This document shows positions 13,486 to 26,391 of a stretch of DNA of 64,000 nt, piece after piece. Under the pieces are notes generated by a model. That model worked only from the letters and a program-made list of their open reading frames with translations, had not been told where the DNA came from and made no database searches. Source of the stretch: the human T2T-CHM13v2.0 reference genome, Homo sapiens. Made by a program: the position numbers and the translations under genes. Numbering within the stretch: the stretch's first letter is position 1; every line of letters starts with the position of its first letter. Where the stretch lies: the NCBI RefSeq assembly GCF_009914755.1, contig NC_060927.1; one strand, given 5' to 3'.

Positions 13486-14064
13486 AGCAGATTATCAGTG
13501 CAATGGTCCAGGCATAATAGAGCAAGACCTCTCCCACCGTCTGTTGGTGATAGGTGGTTTCCCACGCTCAGCGAGGTTAGTGGCAGGCTTTGATGGGGAC
13601 CCACAGCTTTGCTCATAGCTATGAAGTTTGTAAAGAAGAAATGTCTGACCACCCTATTTAAAACAGCAACATGCTCACCCCATGGCATCTGGCATTCCCA
13701 ATTCCTTTTCCCTATTTTATCTCTCTCTCCGATGCTTCTCACCTTCTGACACACTAGGTTTCGCTTGCTATTTTTCACTTCTGTACCAATCAGAGCATAA
13801 AGAAAAATCAATGTGCCAAGGCAAAGGGAACCATGGCATCTTTGCACACTCTGGGGTATGAAAGTTCTTGGTGCTCAGGGAATGCCATCCCAGGCCATCA
13901 TGGTAGATGAGCAGCCATCATGGACAATATGGTCAGATTTATTACTGGAAAATAATTGCAGGGTGGTTTAGTTGTTGATTTGCTTGTTTTCTCTCTCTTC
14001 TGTCACTGCCAAAATGTAAGCTCAAAAGGCAAAGAGATGTTTGTAACTTTTGTTCACTGTTTGT

Positions 14065-14915
14065 GGCAGAAGCAACTAATTTCCTCAGTAACAATTCTCT
14101 CCTTCTTCCTTATAGTAACAGACCCCCCCCCCCGCCCACCTCCACTTAGTATGAGCTGGGCATGTGGTTGCCAGCTGGAAAGTACACTTCCCAGCCTCAC
14201 TTGCAGCTAGGTGTGGCTATGCCAATAAAATATTGCCAATATATTGTAAATAAAAATTATGCTTTACCTTCCCGGTCTTGCCTTCAAACAATTGCTCCCT
14301 TCCTGCAGGCTGGATGCAGACCTTGCGAGGAGGAACCATATGAGGACAATGGCTTTGAGAATGGCCAAGATACAAAACAGAAGGATCTTAGTCCTCTGAT
14401 GTTATGGAGCAGAGTCACCTACCAGTCCCAGAGTGCCTGCTACCTCTGGACAGCAAGTAAGAGAAATAAAAGTCTACCTCATTTTGGAGTCTCTTTGTTA
14501 CAGCCTGTGTTATGGACTGAATTTTGTCCCCAGTCCTTACCCCTGAATTCCTATATTGAAGCCCTAACCCTAATGTGACTGTATTTGGAGATGCCTATAA
14601 GAAGGTAATGAAGGTTAAGCGAGGTCAGAAGGGCAGGGCTCTAATCTGATAGAAATGGTGACCTTGTTAAGAGGAGGAAGAGACACCAGAAATCTCTGTC
14701 TCTTTTTCTCTGCGCATACACAAAGAGGAGAGGCAATGTGAGGACACAGGGAAAAGAGGCCTGTTTATAAGCCAGAAAGAAAGGCCTCCCCAGAAACCAA
14801 CCCTGACAGCACCTTGATCTCGGCCTTCTAGCCTCCAGAATTGTGAGAGAATAAATTTCTGTTATTGATACCACCCAGTATGTGGTATTCTGCTAAGGCA
14901 GCCTGAGCAAACTCA
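14065..14915 (+). mobile_element. old MLT1 LTR (~14065-14500) followed by an MLT1B-like LTR (~14506-14915)
   Basis: TGTTATGGACTGAATTTTGTCCCC start; CTTCTAGCCTCCAGAATTGTGAGAGAATAAATTTCTG. Confidence 0.7.
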
Positions 14916-15769
14916 TGCTGTCTCTTAGCCTTGACCTTAACTGAAACTGCTGCACCCAGGCCTTAGATGAGTGCCTCAAAATTAGTCGATATGCAATGAA
15001 TATTACTTGATTAAATAAATACAATGCAAAGACAATATTTAATTTGTGCAGTGCTACACAAATATAAATGATTACTGGACTCTCATAGATTGTACATCTG
15101 TCTATCCACCCACCCATTCATCTTTTTGTCACCCTGGTTGTGTTTACAACGAAAATAAAGTCTCATCTTTGAACTCTTACTGTTTCCTTCACTCCCACAG
15201 CCCATCCCAAATCTATCAGTTGTCAGCTCCTATTAATTTTACCACCTGTATCTCTCTATAGTTGTTTTTTTCCATACCATTACAATGATCACCACTCCAG
15301 GTCTCATTTATCTCTTACTGACTCTATAAATGCTTCCAAAACTTTCTCTCTTCAATCTCTGTATTTGATCTATTGCAGAGACTGGTAATTGCCTCTTTCA
15401 AATTCATTTTGCTTTCTTTCCTAGGAACAGATGCCTCATTTTATTTTCTATGGCAAGGTACTGTGTGAAACAACCCCATTTCCCCACTACTCCTACAGCC
15501 ACATGACTGAATTCTGGCTAAGGAGATATAAGTAAAATTTGTTAGGTAAGGTTTCTGAAAAACCTCTTTAAAAGAACAATAGAGAACTGAAAATATGCCA
15601 CCTTCTACTCTTTTCCCTACTCCTATTATTTTTTTTTTTCCGGTCACCTGGAAATTTGGGAGTGATTGCTGGAGCACTAGCAGCCATACTGAAATACGGA
15701 AGAATGAAGAGAGAAGGAGAAAGAGAAATGAACTCTGTCCCTGATGAAGTCGTGGAGCTGCCATGCTAG

Positions 15770-16134
<365 letters not shown>

Positions 16135-16515
16135 TGAAATACACTTTTAAATATGTAAGCCCTTGCAGTCAGATCTCTAATTAGGTGCTGAACACAATTC
16201 CTAACTGATTAGGGAGCCCATGCCTTCACTGCTGTCAGCTTAAGCTTGCTGACGCACATATTGAGGGCAGCTATTTTGCTAGCACTGATGCAGGGCTAAA
16301 AGGGATATGAGAAAACACTATCCTGGAAGGTAAGTGGGAGGACTATCAATAGCCTCATTTTACACATGAAAAAACTAAGGCTCAAGATCATACAGTTAGT
16401 AAACACCAGAGAAAGGAAGAGAACTGAGGCCTCAAATGATGCTGAGTGATGGCAAGGGGTAGGACTTTGGTGTAAGCTCTGCGATTTGGAGATTGTACAC
16501 AGGCACATGCATGTG

Positions 16516-16517
<2 letters not shown>

Positions 16518-16547
<30 letters not shown>
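16518..16547. repeat. (CA)n microsatellite; another lies at ~43833-43855
   Basis: direct reading. Confidence 0.9.
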
Positions 16548-16549
<2 letters not shown>

Positions 16550-17285
16550 GGGAAACTGAGTGGATGCCTGCTTTTTTCGTGTCTCCATCCTATCTCCCCT
16601 TTTCTCTTCTTTGAACCATCTCTTTTTCACTTGAAGCTGTTGATCACCTGACTCTAGGCTGGCACAGGATCCCAGGCCCCTTGATATTGTGATTGGTCCA
16701 GAAGCGGTCATGTGACCCAATCAGAGCCAGAGTTCTTTGGGAGACGACTACTTACTCACTGTGTGTGAACTTTAGCCTGTTTGTAACTCTAAGACTCTGT
16801 CTCCTTACCATCAAATGAAGGTTAGTCTATTACCTAGTGTATTTTGTGGTTGTGAGGATGAAGTGAAACAATAAAAGTGAAAGGCCTGGCATATGGTGGC
16901 TGTTCGATGATCATTTGCTTCTAGTAGACATGTTTAAAAAGCTCTCTTTTTTCCCTGGACACCATACAGGGTAGGAACTACGCACAAAATGAACAATTAA
17001 GCACCCAAAGCCCACCTAAATATATTGTTTTTTTGCTCATTTGTTTCCCAAGAGGGGTAAGTTCCCAGTTTCCAGAAGAACCACTTTAATTGACTTGCAT
17101 GATGAAAAGACAGATCTTATGGACAAGCCCCATCCCCATCTGTCTCTAGAATGGCAATTGTAATAAATGAAATAGATAAAATCTTCACTTCTTCTCCATC
17201 TGGAAACTAGAGACATTTTTACTCCAACTTGACTCAAGAGTCCAGAAACTATGCGAAACACAAATGGTTTGGGTGTGGTGATGTA

Positions 17286-17291
17286 TTTATT
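17286..17291 (-). terminator. polyadenylation signal AATAAA of ADAMTS9
   Basis: plus-strand tttatt; about 30 nt further on the minus strand comes a GU/U-rich element (TTTGTGTTT). Confidence 0.8.
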
Positions 17292-18153
17292 CATAATATA
17301 TTTTCAGAACACATTAATAATGGAGAATAACACTTATTCATATACTGAATATAACTTTTCCTGGAGCACTCTAGAGCTTGTTTGGAGTTGGAGAATACTG
17401 CCAGGCTTTTCCTAATCTCTTTGGTCTTTGGAAGTGGGCAGGGTTTCTCAAACCAAGTGTCTTCCATGGGCCATTGGCAAAGGCTTCCCTTCATCAGCTT
17501 GGAGGGGCAGAAAGACCATGGCTTCAGCACTTCCATTTTGGAAAGAAGTAACAAAAAAGTGAATTAATGAGCAATCGGAAAGACTCAAAGCATTTTGTAC
17601 TCCACAGTTCATTTCTTCACACAAACGTCCATTACTGCAGCGGGCATGAAAACCGGCAGGGTGTTAGGCTCATGGCCTGAAGAGAAGTCACATCACCAGC
17701 CGATGTTTTCATGCAAAAGGCAATCGTGATGATTCAGAACCTGGTTCTGAATTTCTCCAGGTGTGCTCGTGAGCTGAAGGTCATGCCCATTCTGTGCATC
17801 CTGTGTCTTTCTACTGGTAAACTTGGATGTCATTTTAGAGTATCTTGGCAAAATGGTGAGAGGATCTCACTTTCCCAATATCACTCTGTAATGAAGCTGC
17901 TTGGGGGATCCTCCATTTGATTGTGGAGAGACCAAGGCACCGTGGGCTGAAGCAACGAATATTAACAACACTAACAACAATAAGGATAAAGTCTAAGTCT
18001 CTTCCAAAAAAGGCATATCCAAAAATAAGGGTAAAGAGCTGGTCTTATTTCATCCAAGTGATTCTGTGCACTGGAAATTGTCCTTCCGTTCCTCCCTTTC
18101 ATTAAAAGTGTTTATATTTCTGAGTCGGATGATCATTTAAATACATACAATAT

Positions 18154-18161
18154 TAGCACCA
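18154..18161 (-). promoter_or_regulatory. miR-29 8mer seed site (UGGUGCUA) in the 3' UTR; a second 7mer-A1 site at 18309-18315
   Basis: plus-strand tagcacca and tagcacc; miR-29 is an established regulator of extracellular-matrix mRNAs. Confidence 0.7.
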
Positions 18162-18854
18162 AGGCAGCATATTTTTTTCCCAGAGATCACATGAAACTGA
18201 ATACTTATTTAACATAGTTAATAGTTGGTACAATCTGTGATATCACTAACATACTTATTGGCTGATACTTGCCTAGAAATGCCAAAAATATCTTTTATAC
18301 AACTCTTATAGCACCTTGATGATGGCTAGATTGTTTTAAAAAAATTCATTTTAAAAAAGTAACAATAAAACATTTACAGATGAAAAGTAAACAATAGTGT
18401 ACCGTGATAATGAAGGATCACTTTGTCATATTACTACATGCAAAGGCAGTCATAATAGAATCATTTTACGTACAAAAATATTACATCACAATAAATAATT
18501 TCAAACATAAATATTAAACTTTACATCATTAGGATAGTCTACATATCTACATACACACATATATGTGTATATATGTATGTGTAGATATGTATATATGTAT
18601 ATGTACACACATTTACACACACAAGCATACAAGTCACACACAAACACACACACACATACACATGCACCCAAATTAAGGTGGAGGTATTGCATTACTATCC
18701 TTCATCCATCCATAATGGCTTCCTCTTCAAAGCACCTGAAATAAACAAACCAGAAAATATAAACCTTCTGCCTCAAATGCTGCAAGTTAAGAATAGGCAA
18801 CTGATAAATTTTTACATATAGAATTTAAAATTAACACTTATTATTTTCTCTAGA

Positions 18855-19028
18855 TTTTATTTTTATTTTTTCTGAGTCACAGTCTCACTCTGTCACCGAG
18901 GCTGGAGTGCAATGGCATGATCATGGCTTGCTTCAGCCTTGACCTCCTGGGCAAGCAATCCTCCCATCTCAGCCTCCCAAGTAGCTGGGTCTACAGGTGC
19001 AAACCATCAAGCCCAGCTAATTAAAAAT

Positions 19029-19072
<44 letters not shown>

Positions 19073-19188
19073 AGAAATGGGAGTCTCACTATGTTGCCCA
19101 GCTGGTCTCAAAATCCTGGACTCAAGTAATCCTCCTGCCTCAGCCTCCTAAAGTGCTGGCATTATAGGCATGAACCACCACGCTGGCC
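18855..19188 (-). mobile_element. AluJ-like with expanded central T40 tract
   Basis: direct reading; T run 19031-19070. Confidence 0.88.
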
Positions 19189-19451
19189 CTAGATTTTAAA
19201 AGTAATGTTTGTTTGCTGTAAGAAACTTGGAGGTTTCAGGGAAGTAATAAACAATAAAATTTAAAAACCCACTAGCCTGAAATCCCCCCACCTGAGATAA
19301 CTGCTCTTCATATATTGGTATTTTGGTATTTCCTTCTAGTCTTTTTTCTATAAATATATGTTTATATATGTAAATATTGTATATACGTGCTATATAAAAT
19401 TTATCTTCTTAGATACAAAATATATAAAGTACATATATAATGGTGATCTCT

Positions 19452-19945
19452 AGTGGATACCTGCTGATTTTTCCATGCCTCCATCCCATCTCCTCCTTTC
19501 TGATAACAAAATGCCTTCTTGTCCTTTGGGAACCATCCCTCTTCCAACTGAAGCTGTCAATCGCCTGACTCTAGGTGGGTACATGATCTCAGATCCTTGG
19601 ATGTTGTGATTTGTTCAAAAGCGACCATGCGACCTAACCAGAGCTAAACAGAGATATTTTGCAGAATGCATGCTAGGAGATGAGTGTTTACTTGAATCAT
19701 AAGTTGGAAGAATGATGTAATCCTAGAGCTGCCCAGGACCATGGTGTGGGGGGCAATGATCTGCCTGAGAATGAAGACATTTAAGAGGCAATCATTGCTG
19801 ATTGATGAAGAAAGAGAGTACTGATGACTGAACTTCTGGATCTAGCCATGCCTGAAGCTAGCATACTTCTTGGATATCTCAGTTTCTTAAGATAACAAAT
19901 TTCCTTCATTTCCTTAGCTCCTTGTAACAGAAATAATCCTAAATG
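19452..19945 (+). mobile_element. old MLT1 (K/L-like) LTR; a related partial copy lies at 16559-16735
   Basis: TGGATCTAGCCATGCCTGAAGCTAG and GTCATGTGACCCAATCAGAGCCA-type motifs. Confidence 0.6.
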
Positions 19946-20395
19946 TCAAATAGGCACTCTTGTATCAGGATCTTCAAGAGCCTTACACGGTAATGGGCTA
20001 CTGGAAGCTTGAGGGAAGATGCAGGTGGGTCACATGAATTGGTTGAGCTCATTCCTTGCAGCTGAAGACATGGGGATGATAAAAAGACTGACCAGTTCCG
20101 TCTTTTACTCAGCAGAAGAATCACCTTCTGGCATAATGTACTCAGGTCAGGGATTGCCGAACTTTAACATGCATGACTCCTGTGGACTTTGTTAAAATGC
20201 AGATTCTGATTTCACAGGTATAGGGTGAGGCCTGACATTGTGCATTTCTAACAAGTTCCTAGGTAAAGCTGATCGAGCTGATTCTTGGACCACACCATGA
20301 GTAACAGGGGTGTGGCACAGTGGAGTGATTAAGAGCACTGGCTTTAGTGTAGGACACTCTGAGTTCTGCCGAGGGAATTTATCATTACCTTTTCA

Positions 20396-20706
20396 TTTTT
20401 TTTTTTTTTTTTTTTTTTTGAGACAGAGGCTTACTCTCTCACCCAGGCTGGAGTGCAGTGGCGGGGCGTGGTCTTGGCTGACTGCAACCTCTGTCTCCCA
20501 GGTTAAAGCGATTCTCCTGCCTCAGGCTCCCAAGTAGCTAGGACTACAGGCATGTGCCAACACACCCAGCTAAATTTTGAATTTATAGTAGAGATGGGGT
20601 TTCACCATGTTGGCCAGACTGGTCTCAAACTCCTGACCTCAAGTGATCTGCCTGCCACAGCTTCCCAAAATGCTGGAATTACAGGCATGAGCCACCGTGC
20701 CCAGCC
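20396..20706 (-). mobile_element. AluS-like inserted in a MIR, next to a MER5A (~20160-20308)
   Basis: direct reading; the MIR core resumes at 20707. Confidence 0.85.
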
Positions 20707-21000
20707 TCATCATGATCTTAAGCAAGTTACTTAATTGTTGTGGGCCTCAGCTTCCTCATATGTAAAATAGCAGCTCCTCCACACAGTTTTGTTGTGAGGA
20801 TTCAATGAAATATTGCTCAACAAATGCCACTGTAGTTTTACTATTACATTCTTGGGATGTATTTCTCAAAGGATGAGCTGTGATTCACTTGCATTAGAAT
20901 TCTCTGTATTAAAGTTACAGATCCCTGAATCCACCAGAGACCTAATGAAGCAGGACCCCTAGAGATGCAGCCCAATAAACAGCCTTTTAAATAAGCTCTG

Positions 21001-23576
21001 CAAAGAGCTGGTACCAATCCTATTGAAACAATTTTTTCAAAATCGAAGAAGAGATATTCCTTCCTAACTCATTCTATGAAACCTCTATCATCCTGATACC
21101 AATACCTGGCAAAAACACAAGAAAAAAAGAAAACTACAGACTAATATCCCTGATGAACATTGACATGAAAATCCTCAACAAAATACTAGCAAACTGAATC
21201 CAGCAACATACCAAAAAGATAATCTACCATGATCGAGTGGACTTTATTCTTGGCAGGCAAGGATCATTCAACATATGCAAGTCAATAAATGTGATTCACC
21301 ACACAAACAATTAAAAACAAAAACAATACGACCATATCAATAGATGCAGAAAAAGCATTAGATAAAATCCAACATCCCTTCATGATAAAAACCTACAAGG
21401 CATAAGACATCAAAAGAACATACCTCAAAATAAAAGCCATCTCTAACAAACCCACAGCCAATATCATACTTAACAGGCAAAAGTTGGAAGCATTTCTCCT
21501 AAGAATTGGAACAAGACAAGAATGTGTACTCTCACCACTCCTATTCAACATAGTATTGGAAATCTTAGCCAGAGCAATCAGGCAAGAGAAAGAAAGAAAA
21601 GACATCAAAAGAGGAAAAGAGGAAGTCAAATTATCTTCCTTCACTGACAATATGATTCTATACAAAGAAAACCCTAAATATTCCACCAAAAGATTCCTAG
21701 ACCTGAAAAATGACTTCAGTAAATTTTCAGGGTGCAAAATAAATGTACAAAAATCAGAAGCATTTCTATACACAAATAACATTCAAGCTGAGAACCAAAT
21801 CAAGAATGCAATCCAATTTACAGTCACCACAAAAAGAATAAAATACCTAGGAATACATCTAACCAAGCAGGTAAAAGAGCTCTACAAGGAGAATTATAAA
21901 CATTGCTTAAGGAAATCATAGATGACACAAATAGAAAAACGTTCCATGCTCATCTATTGGAAGAATCAATAGCATTAAAATGTCCATACTGCCCAAAGAA
22001 ATACACAGATTCAACAAAATTCCCATCAAATTACCAATGTTATTCTTTACAGTGTTAGAAGAAGAACTATTCTAAAATTGATATGGAACCAAAGCAGAGC
22101 CTAAAAGCGAAAGCAATCCTAAGCAAAAAGAACGAAGCCAGAGGTATCATATTACCGGACTTCAAACTCTACTCCAAGGCAGCAAACTAAAGGTAACCAA
22201 AACAGCATGGTACTGGTACTAAAATAGACACAAAAATTAATGGAACAGAATAAGGAACCCAGAAATAAAGCTATACATCTATAACCAACTGGACTTCAAC
22301 ACAATCAACAAAAATAAACAATGGGGAAAGCACACCCTATAATAAATGGTGCTGGAAAAACTGGCTAACCATATACAGAAGAATGAAATTGAACTCTTAC
22401 CTCTTACCATATACAAAAAATAACTCAGGATACATTAAAGACTTAAATGTAAGACTTCAAAACATAAAAATTCTAGAAGAAAACCCAGGAAATACTCTTC
22501 TGAACATTGGCCTAGGCAAACAAATTATGACTAAGTCCTCAAAAGCAAATGCAACAAAATGAAAATTGATAATGGAGACCTAACTAAATTAAAGAGCTTC
22601 TGCACATCAAAAGAAACTATCAACAGAATAAATGGACAATCTACAGAATAGGAGAAAACATTTTTAACCTATACATTTGATAAAGGAATAATATCCAGAA
22701 TCTATAAGGAACTTAAGCAAATCAACAAGAAAAAAACAAATAACCCTATTAAAAAGTGGGCAAAGGACATGGACAGACACTTCTCAAAAGAAGACACACA
22801 AGCAGCCAACAAATATAAGAAAAAATGCTGAACATCACTTATCATCACAGAAATGCAAGTCAAAACCACACTGAGATAACATCTCATGCCAATCAGAATG
22901 GCGATTCTTAAAAAGTAAAAAGATAACAGATATTGGTGAGACTGCAGAGAAAAATGGAATACACTGTTGGTGGGACTGTAAATTAGTTCATCCTTTGTGA
23001 AAAGCAGTTTGGAGAGTTCTTAAAGAACTAAAAATATAACTACCATTTGACCCAGCAATCCATTACTGGGTATATATCAAAAAGAAAATAAATCATTCAA
23101 CCAAAAAGACACCTGCACTCACATGTTTATTGCAGCACTATTCACAATAGCAAACGTGGAATCAACCTAGGTACCGATTAATGGTGGACTGGATTTTAAA
23201 AATGTGGTCTGTATACATGATGAAATACTATGCAGCCATAAAAAATAATGAAATCATGTCCTTTGCAGCAATATGGATGCAGCTGGAGGCAATTTTCCTA
23301 AGTGAATTAACACAGAAACAAAAAATCAAATACCATATGCTCTTGCTTATAAGTGGGAGTGGAATACTGGGTACACATGGACATAAAGACTGAAATAATG
23401 GACACTGGTAACTCCAAAAGGGAGGAGGAAGGGAAGGGAAAACTATTTATTGGATACTACTTTCACTATTTGGGTGATGGGTTCAAACGAAGCCTACATC
23501 TCAACACACTATAACAGTGTAACAAACTTGCACATGTACCTCCTGAATCTAAAATCTAAAAGCAAATAAATAAATA
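21001..23576 (+). mobile_element. 5'-truncated L1 (L1PB-like), decayed ORF2 RT/C-terminal region plus 3' UTR
   Basis: ORF2-like peptides ([32 protein letters not shown]); frameshifts and stops; L1PB-type 3' end and A-rich tail. Confidence 0.92.
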
Positions 23577-23799
23577 GGCCAGCTCTGTAGAGGGGAAGCC
23601 ATGTCTAATGGCAGAGAACTGATGGCTTCAGTCACGTGAGGACAGAGGAGCAGGAGATAAAAAGGTAGAACTGTATTGGGTCAGCTTCAAGATGCTTAAC
23701 TGTAACCCTGCCTGATCCTCCCACATTTGCTCATATAGGCTACAGAAAAAAATAAAAGACAAATACACAGACAGACAGACATAGGACTACTTACCTTAG

Positions 23800-23889
23800 C
23801 TATAAAACTCGCACCTCCAGGCCAGTACCAGAGGATGGAGTGCATTTTCCACAGTAACCACCGCATTTCCCTACGACTCGGGTACCATC
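23800..23889 (-). CDS. ADAMTS9: ADAMTS9 last coding exon (probably exon 39; the exon continues 5 nt to the donor at 23795)
   Basis: ttgcag|GAT...TTA TAG CTAAG|gtaagt; [29 protein letters not shown]. Confidence 0.96.
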
Positions 23890-24035
23890 CTGCAAGGAGA
23901 TGCATCATGTTAGCCTGCCTGCTTGGTTAATGCTTTCAGGGCCTGCACTGGCTTTTTGGGAAAACGTTCTTATACACACAGTAAACAGGCCTTCTGAACT
24001 GATGTGAAGCCCAACATACTCACCATGGTCTAAAG

Positions 24036-26391
24036 CAGGGGCTGGCAAACTTCAGCCTGTGAGCCAAATCCAGCCCACCACCTGTTTCTGTATGGCTTGC
24101 AAGCTAAGGATGATTTTTATATTTTTAAATAATTGAGAAAAAGTAAACCAAAAATTACATTTCTTGACACATAAAATCATATGAAATTCAAATTTCAGTG
24201 TCTATTAATAAAGTTTTATTGGAATACAGCCACATTCATTAATTTACCTGATGTCTATAGCTGCTTTCATGCTGCAAAAAAAGAACTGAGTCTCAGCTTC
24301 ATACTGCTTCTCGGTGCACAACAAATCACAGTGACATTGTTTTAATTTGAGAGTGTTTTGAGTGATGTGTGTATTGCTAGATCATTACAATTTATGTGCT
24401 TATTACCAGTGTATACCATTATGACAAATCAAGAAAAGAAGAGAAAGGTAGACTTTGAATGTTGCACTTTTAAGGTACAATGGCATGTGGATTATTTTGT
24501 TATCAAATTTAGATGACAAAGGATTGTGATTATTATGAAATGACACTATAGCTGTGCTAAAAGAATACAATATATATCATCACCAAACTAAATACTCATC
24601 ACAATATTCCCAACTCACAGAAAAACAATGGTCAAAAATTTAGAAAATTTAAAATATAAAATTAAAAAACATGAAAATGAGTAAGTTTCCAAGTTGCTCA
24701 TTTGTTAGCCAAGCAAGGAAAACAATTTACCAATGGTGAGTTCATTAAATCCTGTTTAACAGCAACATCTGAAGAAATGTGTCCAGAGAAAATAAACTTA
24801 ACTACTCTTTTGGCAAGGACTATTGCTTGAAAAGCTAATAGCATTGGGAACCACATAAACAGTCAATTAAAAAAACAAAGCAGATTATTTTGAGTGGTTT
24901 TCACTGGCTCTTAATGGGTCCACACATATTACTGATGTTATTCAGGTGTTATCATTTCTTTGAGGAGAAAATGCCCAGTCTGAAGTGACTAAAGAATTAG
25001 ACTCTATGAAGAGTCTAGTGGAACTAGTGGAATAGTGGAACAATTTGTGGAATAGTGGAATAGTTTATGGAACAAGTACAGGTGAGAATATTTCAAAAAG
25101 GTTGGGAAAGAACTGCAGAACAACTGAAGTGGAATCTGCTAAGACGTGTTGACAACTGATGATAGTAAAAATATGTGTGGAGCATAAAAAGCTTTAACTG
25201 GACAAATTTACAAAGCTTGTGAAACTGTTAGATGTTTAAAGCCTATGGTTATTCACTGTATTATTCATTTGCAGGTACTTTGTGGAAAATATTTGACCTA
25301 TCAAGTGCTATAGAACTAGTAGTATCAATAGTGGACTTTATTTTCTACCACGGACTTACCCATCATCCATTTTGTGAATTTTTTTGTCAGAACTGAAAGC
25401 TCAATACCTTGACTTGTCCTACTACACAGCAATTTGATGGCTTAGCAGTGGGGTAAAGTTTTATTTTGATTTTTGAGCTCAGGGTCAAGATTAAAGTTTT
25501 TTGAACTACAACTGCTCTCAATCACTGTAATTCAACACTTAATGGCTCTGAATATTAGCTTTTGCTTCAGAGTTGATCATGTTTCTCAATGGATTGTACC
25601 TAAAATTACAAGGCAAAACTGTTCTTATAGGCAAAACTTATACAGTGATAAAGTAATTTCATTGATAATACTGTTTGGATCACAAGTAACGTTAGATTGT
25701 TTTATACACTTCCCATGCTGTCAAAAGTTAAAACAGGAAATGTCTTCTCTATTACACACAAATTTAAAGTGGATATATTTTCTGAGCTTAAACTGCAGTT
25801 CCAGCACTGTTTTTCAGACTTTGATATAAATGCAAAGGAAATCTTTTTATGTCAAAATCCATTTAACTAGCAATTGAGGAGCTTCAATCTCATTTTCAAT
25901 TGCAAGTGATTAATATGCAATGTAGTGACATGCTAAAAGGCAACTATCAAGAGAAAACTCTGATAGAATTCTTTACTTGCCTGCCAAGCCATGAATATGC
26001 TTAATTAACATTATATGGTTATGGACAGATATCAGTGTTTGGCAATATCAATGCATGTAGAAAGGCATTTAGAAAGATTGAAATACATAATATCTCATTT
26101 CACGTCAGCATTAACAGATAAACATTTACAATCTATTTTGATAATAGAGAACACTAATTAAGCGAAATATTTTCCTCCCCCAATATCCCATTCATCTCCT
26201 CAGGTGATCTGTATTAGAAAAAGCTATACTCAGTTATTATGATTGTATTTTGAATTTGACCAATAAAAAAATTTTGTGCAAATTTGTTTTCTCTCTTGAT
26301 ATACAAATATACCATTGATTTTGCCTCTTGGCCCTTCAAGACTAAAATCTTTACTATCTGGCACTTTGTAGACAAAGTATGCCAACTCCTA
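24036..26391 (+). mobile_element. near full-length hAT-Charlie DNA transposon (Cheshire/MER58 family) with decayed transposase
   Basis: TIRs CAGGGGCTGGCAAAC / GTATGCCAACTCCTA; perfect 8-bp TSD GTCTAAAG at 24028-24035 and 26392-26399; remnants KRKVD..C..F...W, FSLALNGSTHITD, TTDDSKNMCG, HCIIH, WLS. Confidence 0.9.

Larger units (their letters stand above)
17265..18735 (-). other. ADAMTS9: ADAMTS9 terminal non-coding exon (3' UTR, ~1.47 kb; 3' end approximate)
   Basis: acceptor tttgtttatttcag|GTGCTTTGAAG at 18735; AU-rich block without interspersed repeats, ending after AATAAA. Confidence 0.85.

Noticed and set aside
13344-13847. 167-aa minus-strand ORF
   Set aside because: Runs across an L2-like fragment and the U6 pseudogene antisense; chance ORF
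16736-19451. Idea that the DNA between the two LTR-like direct repeats is a proviral internal region
   Set aside because: It contains the ADAMTS9 terminal exon, a MIR and an Alu, with no recognisable MaLR/ERV internal sequence
21393-21921. 129-aa and 145-aa overlapping ORFs
   Set aside because: Sense and antisense readings of decayed L1 ORF2
25473-25829. 118-aa ORF as a domesticated transposase
   Set aside because: Lies in the decayed hAT element, where the catalytic motifs are mutated and the frame is broken repeatedly
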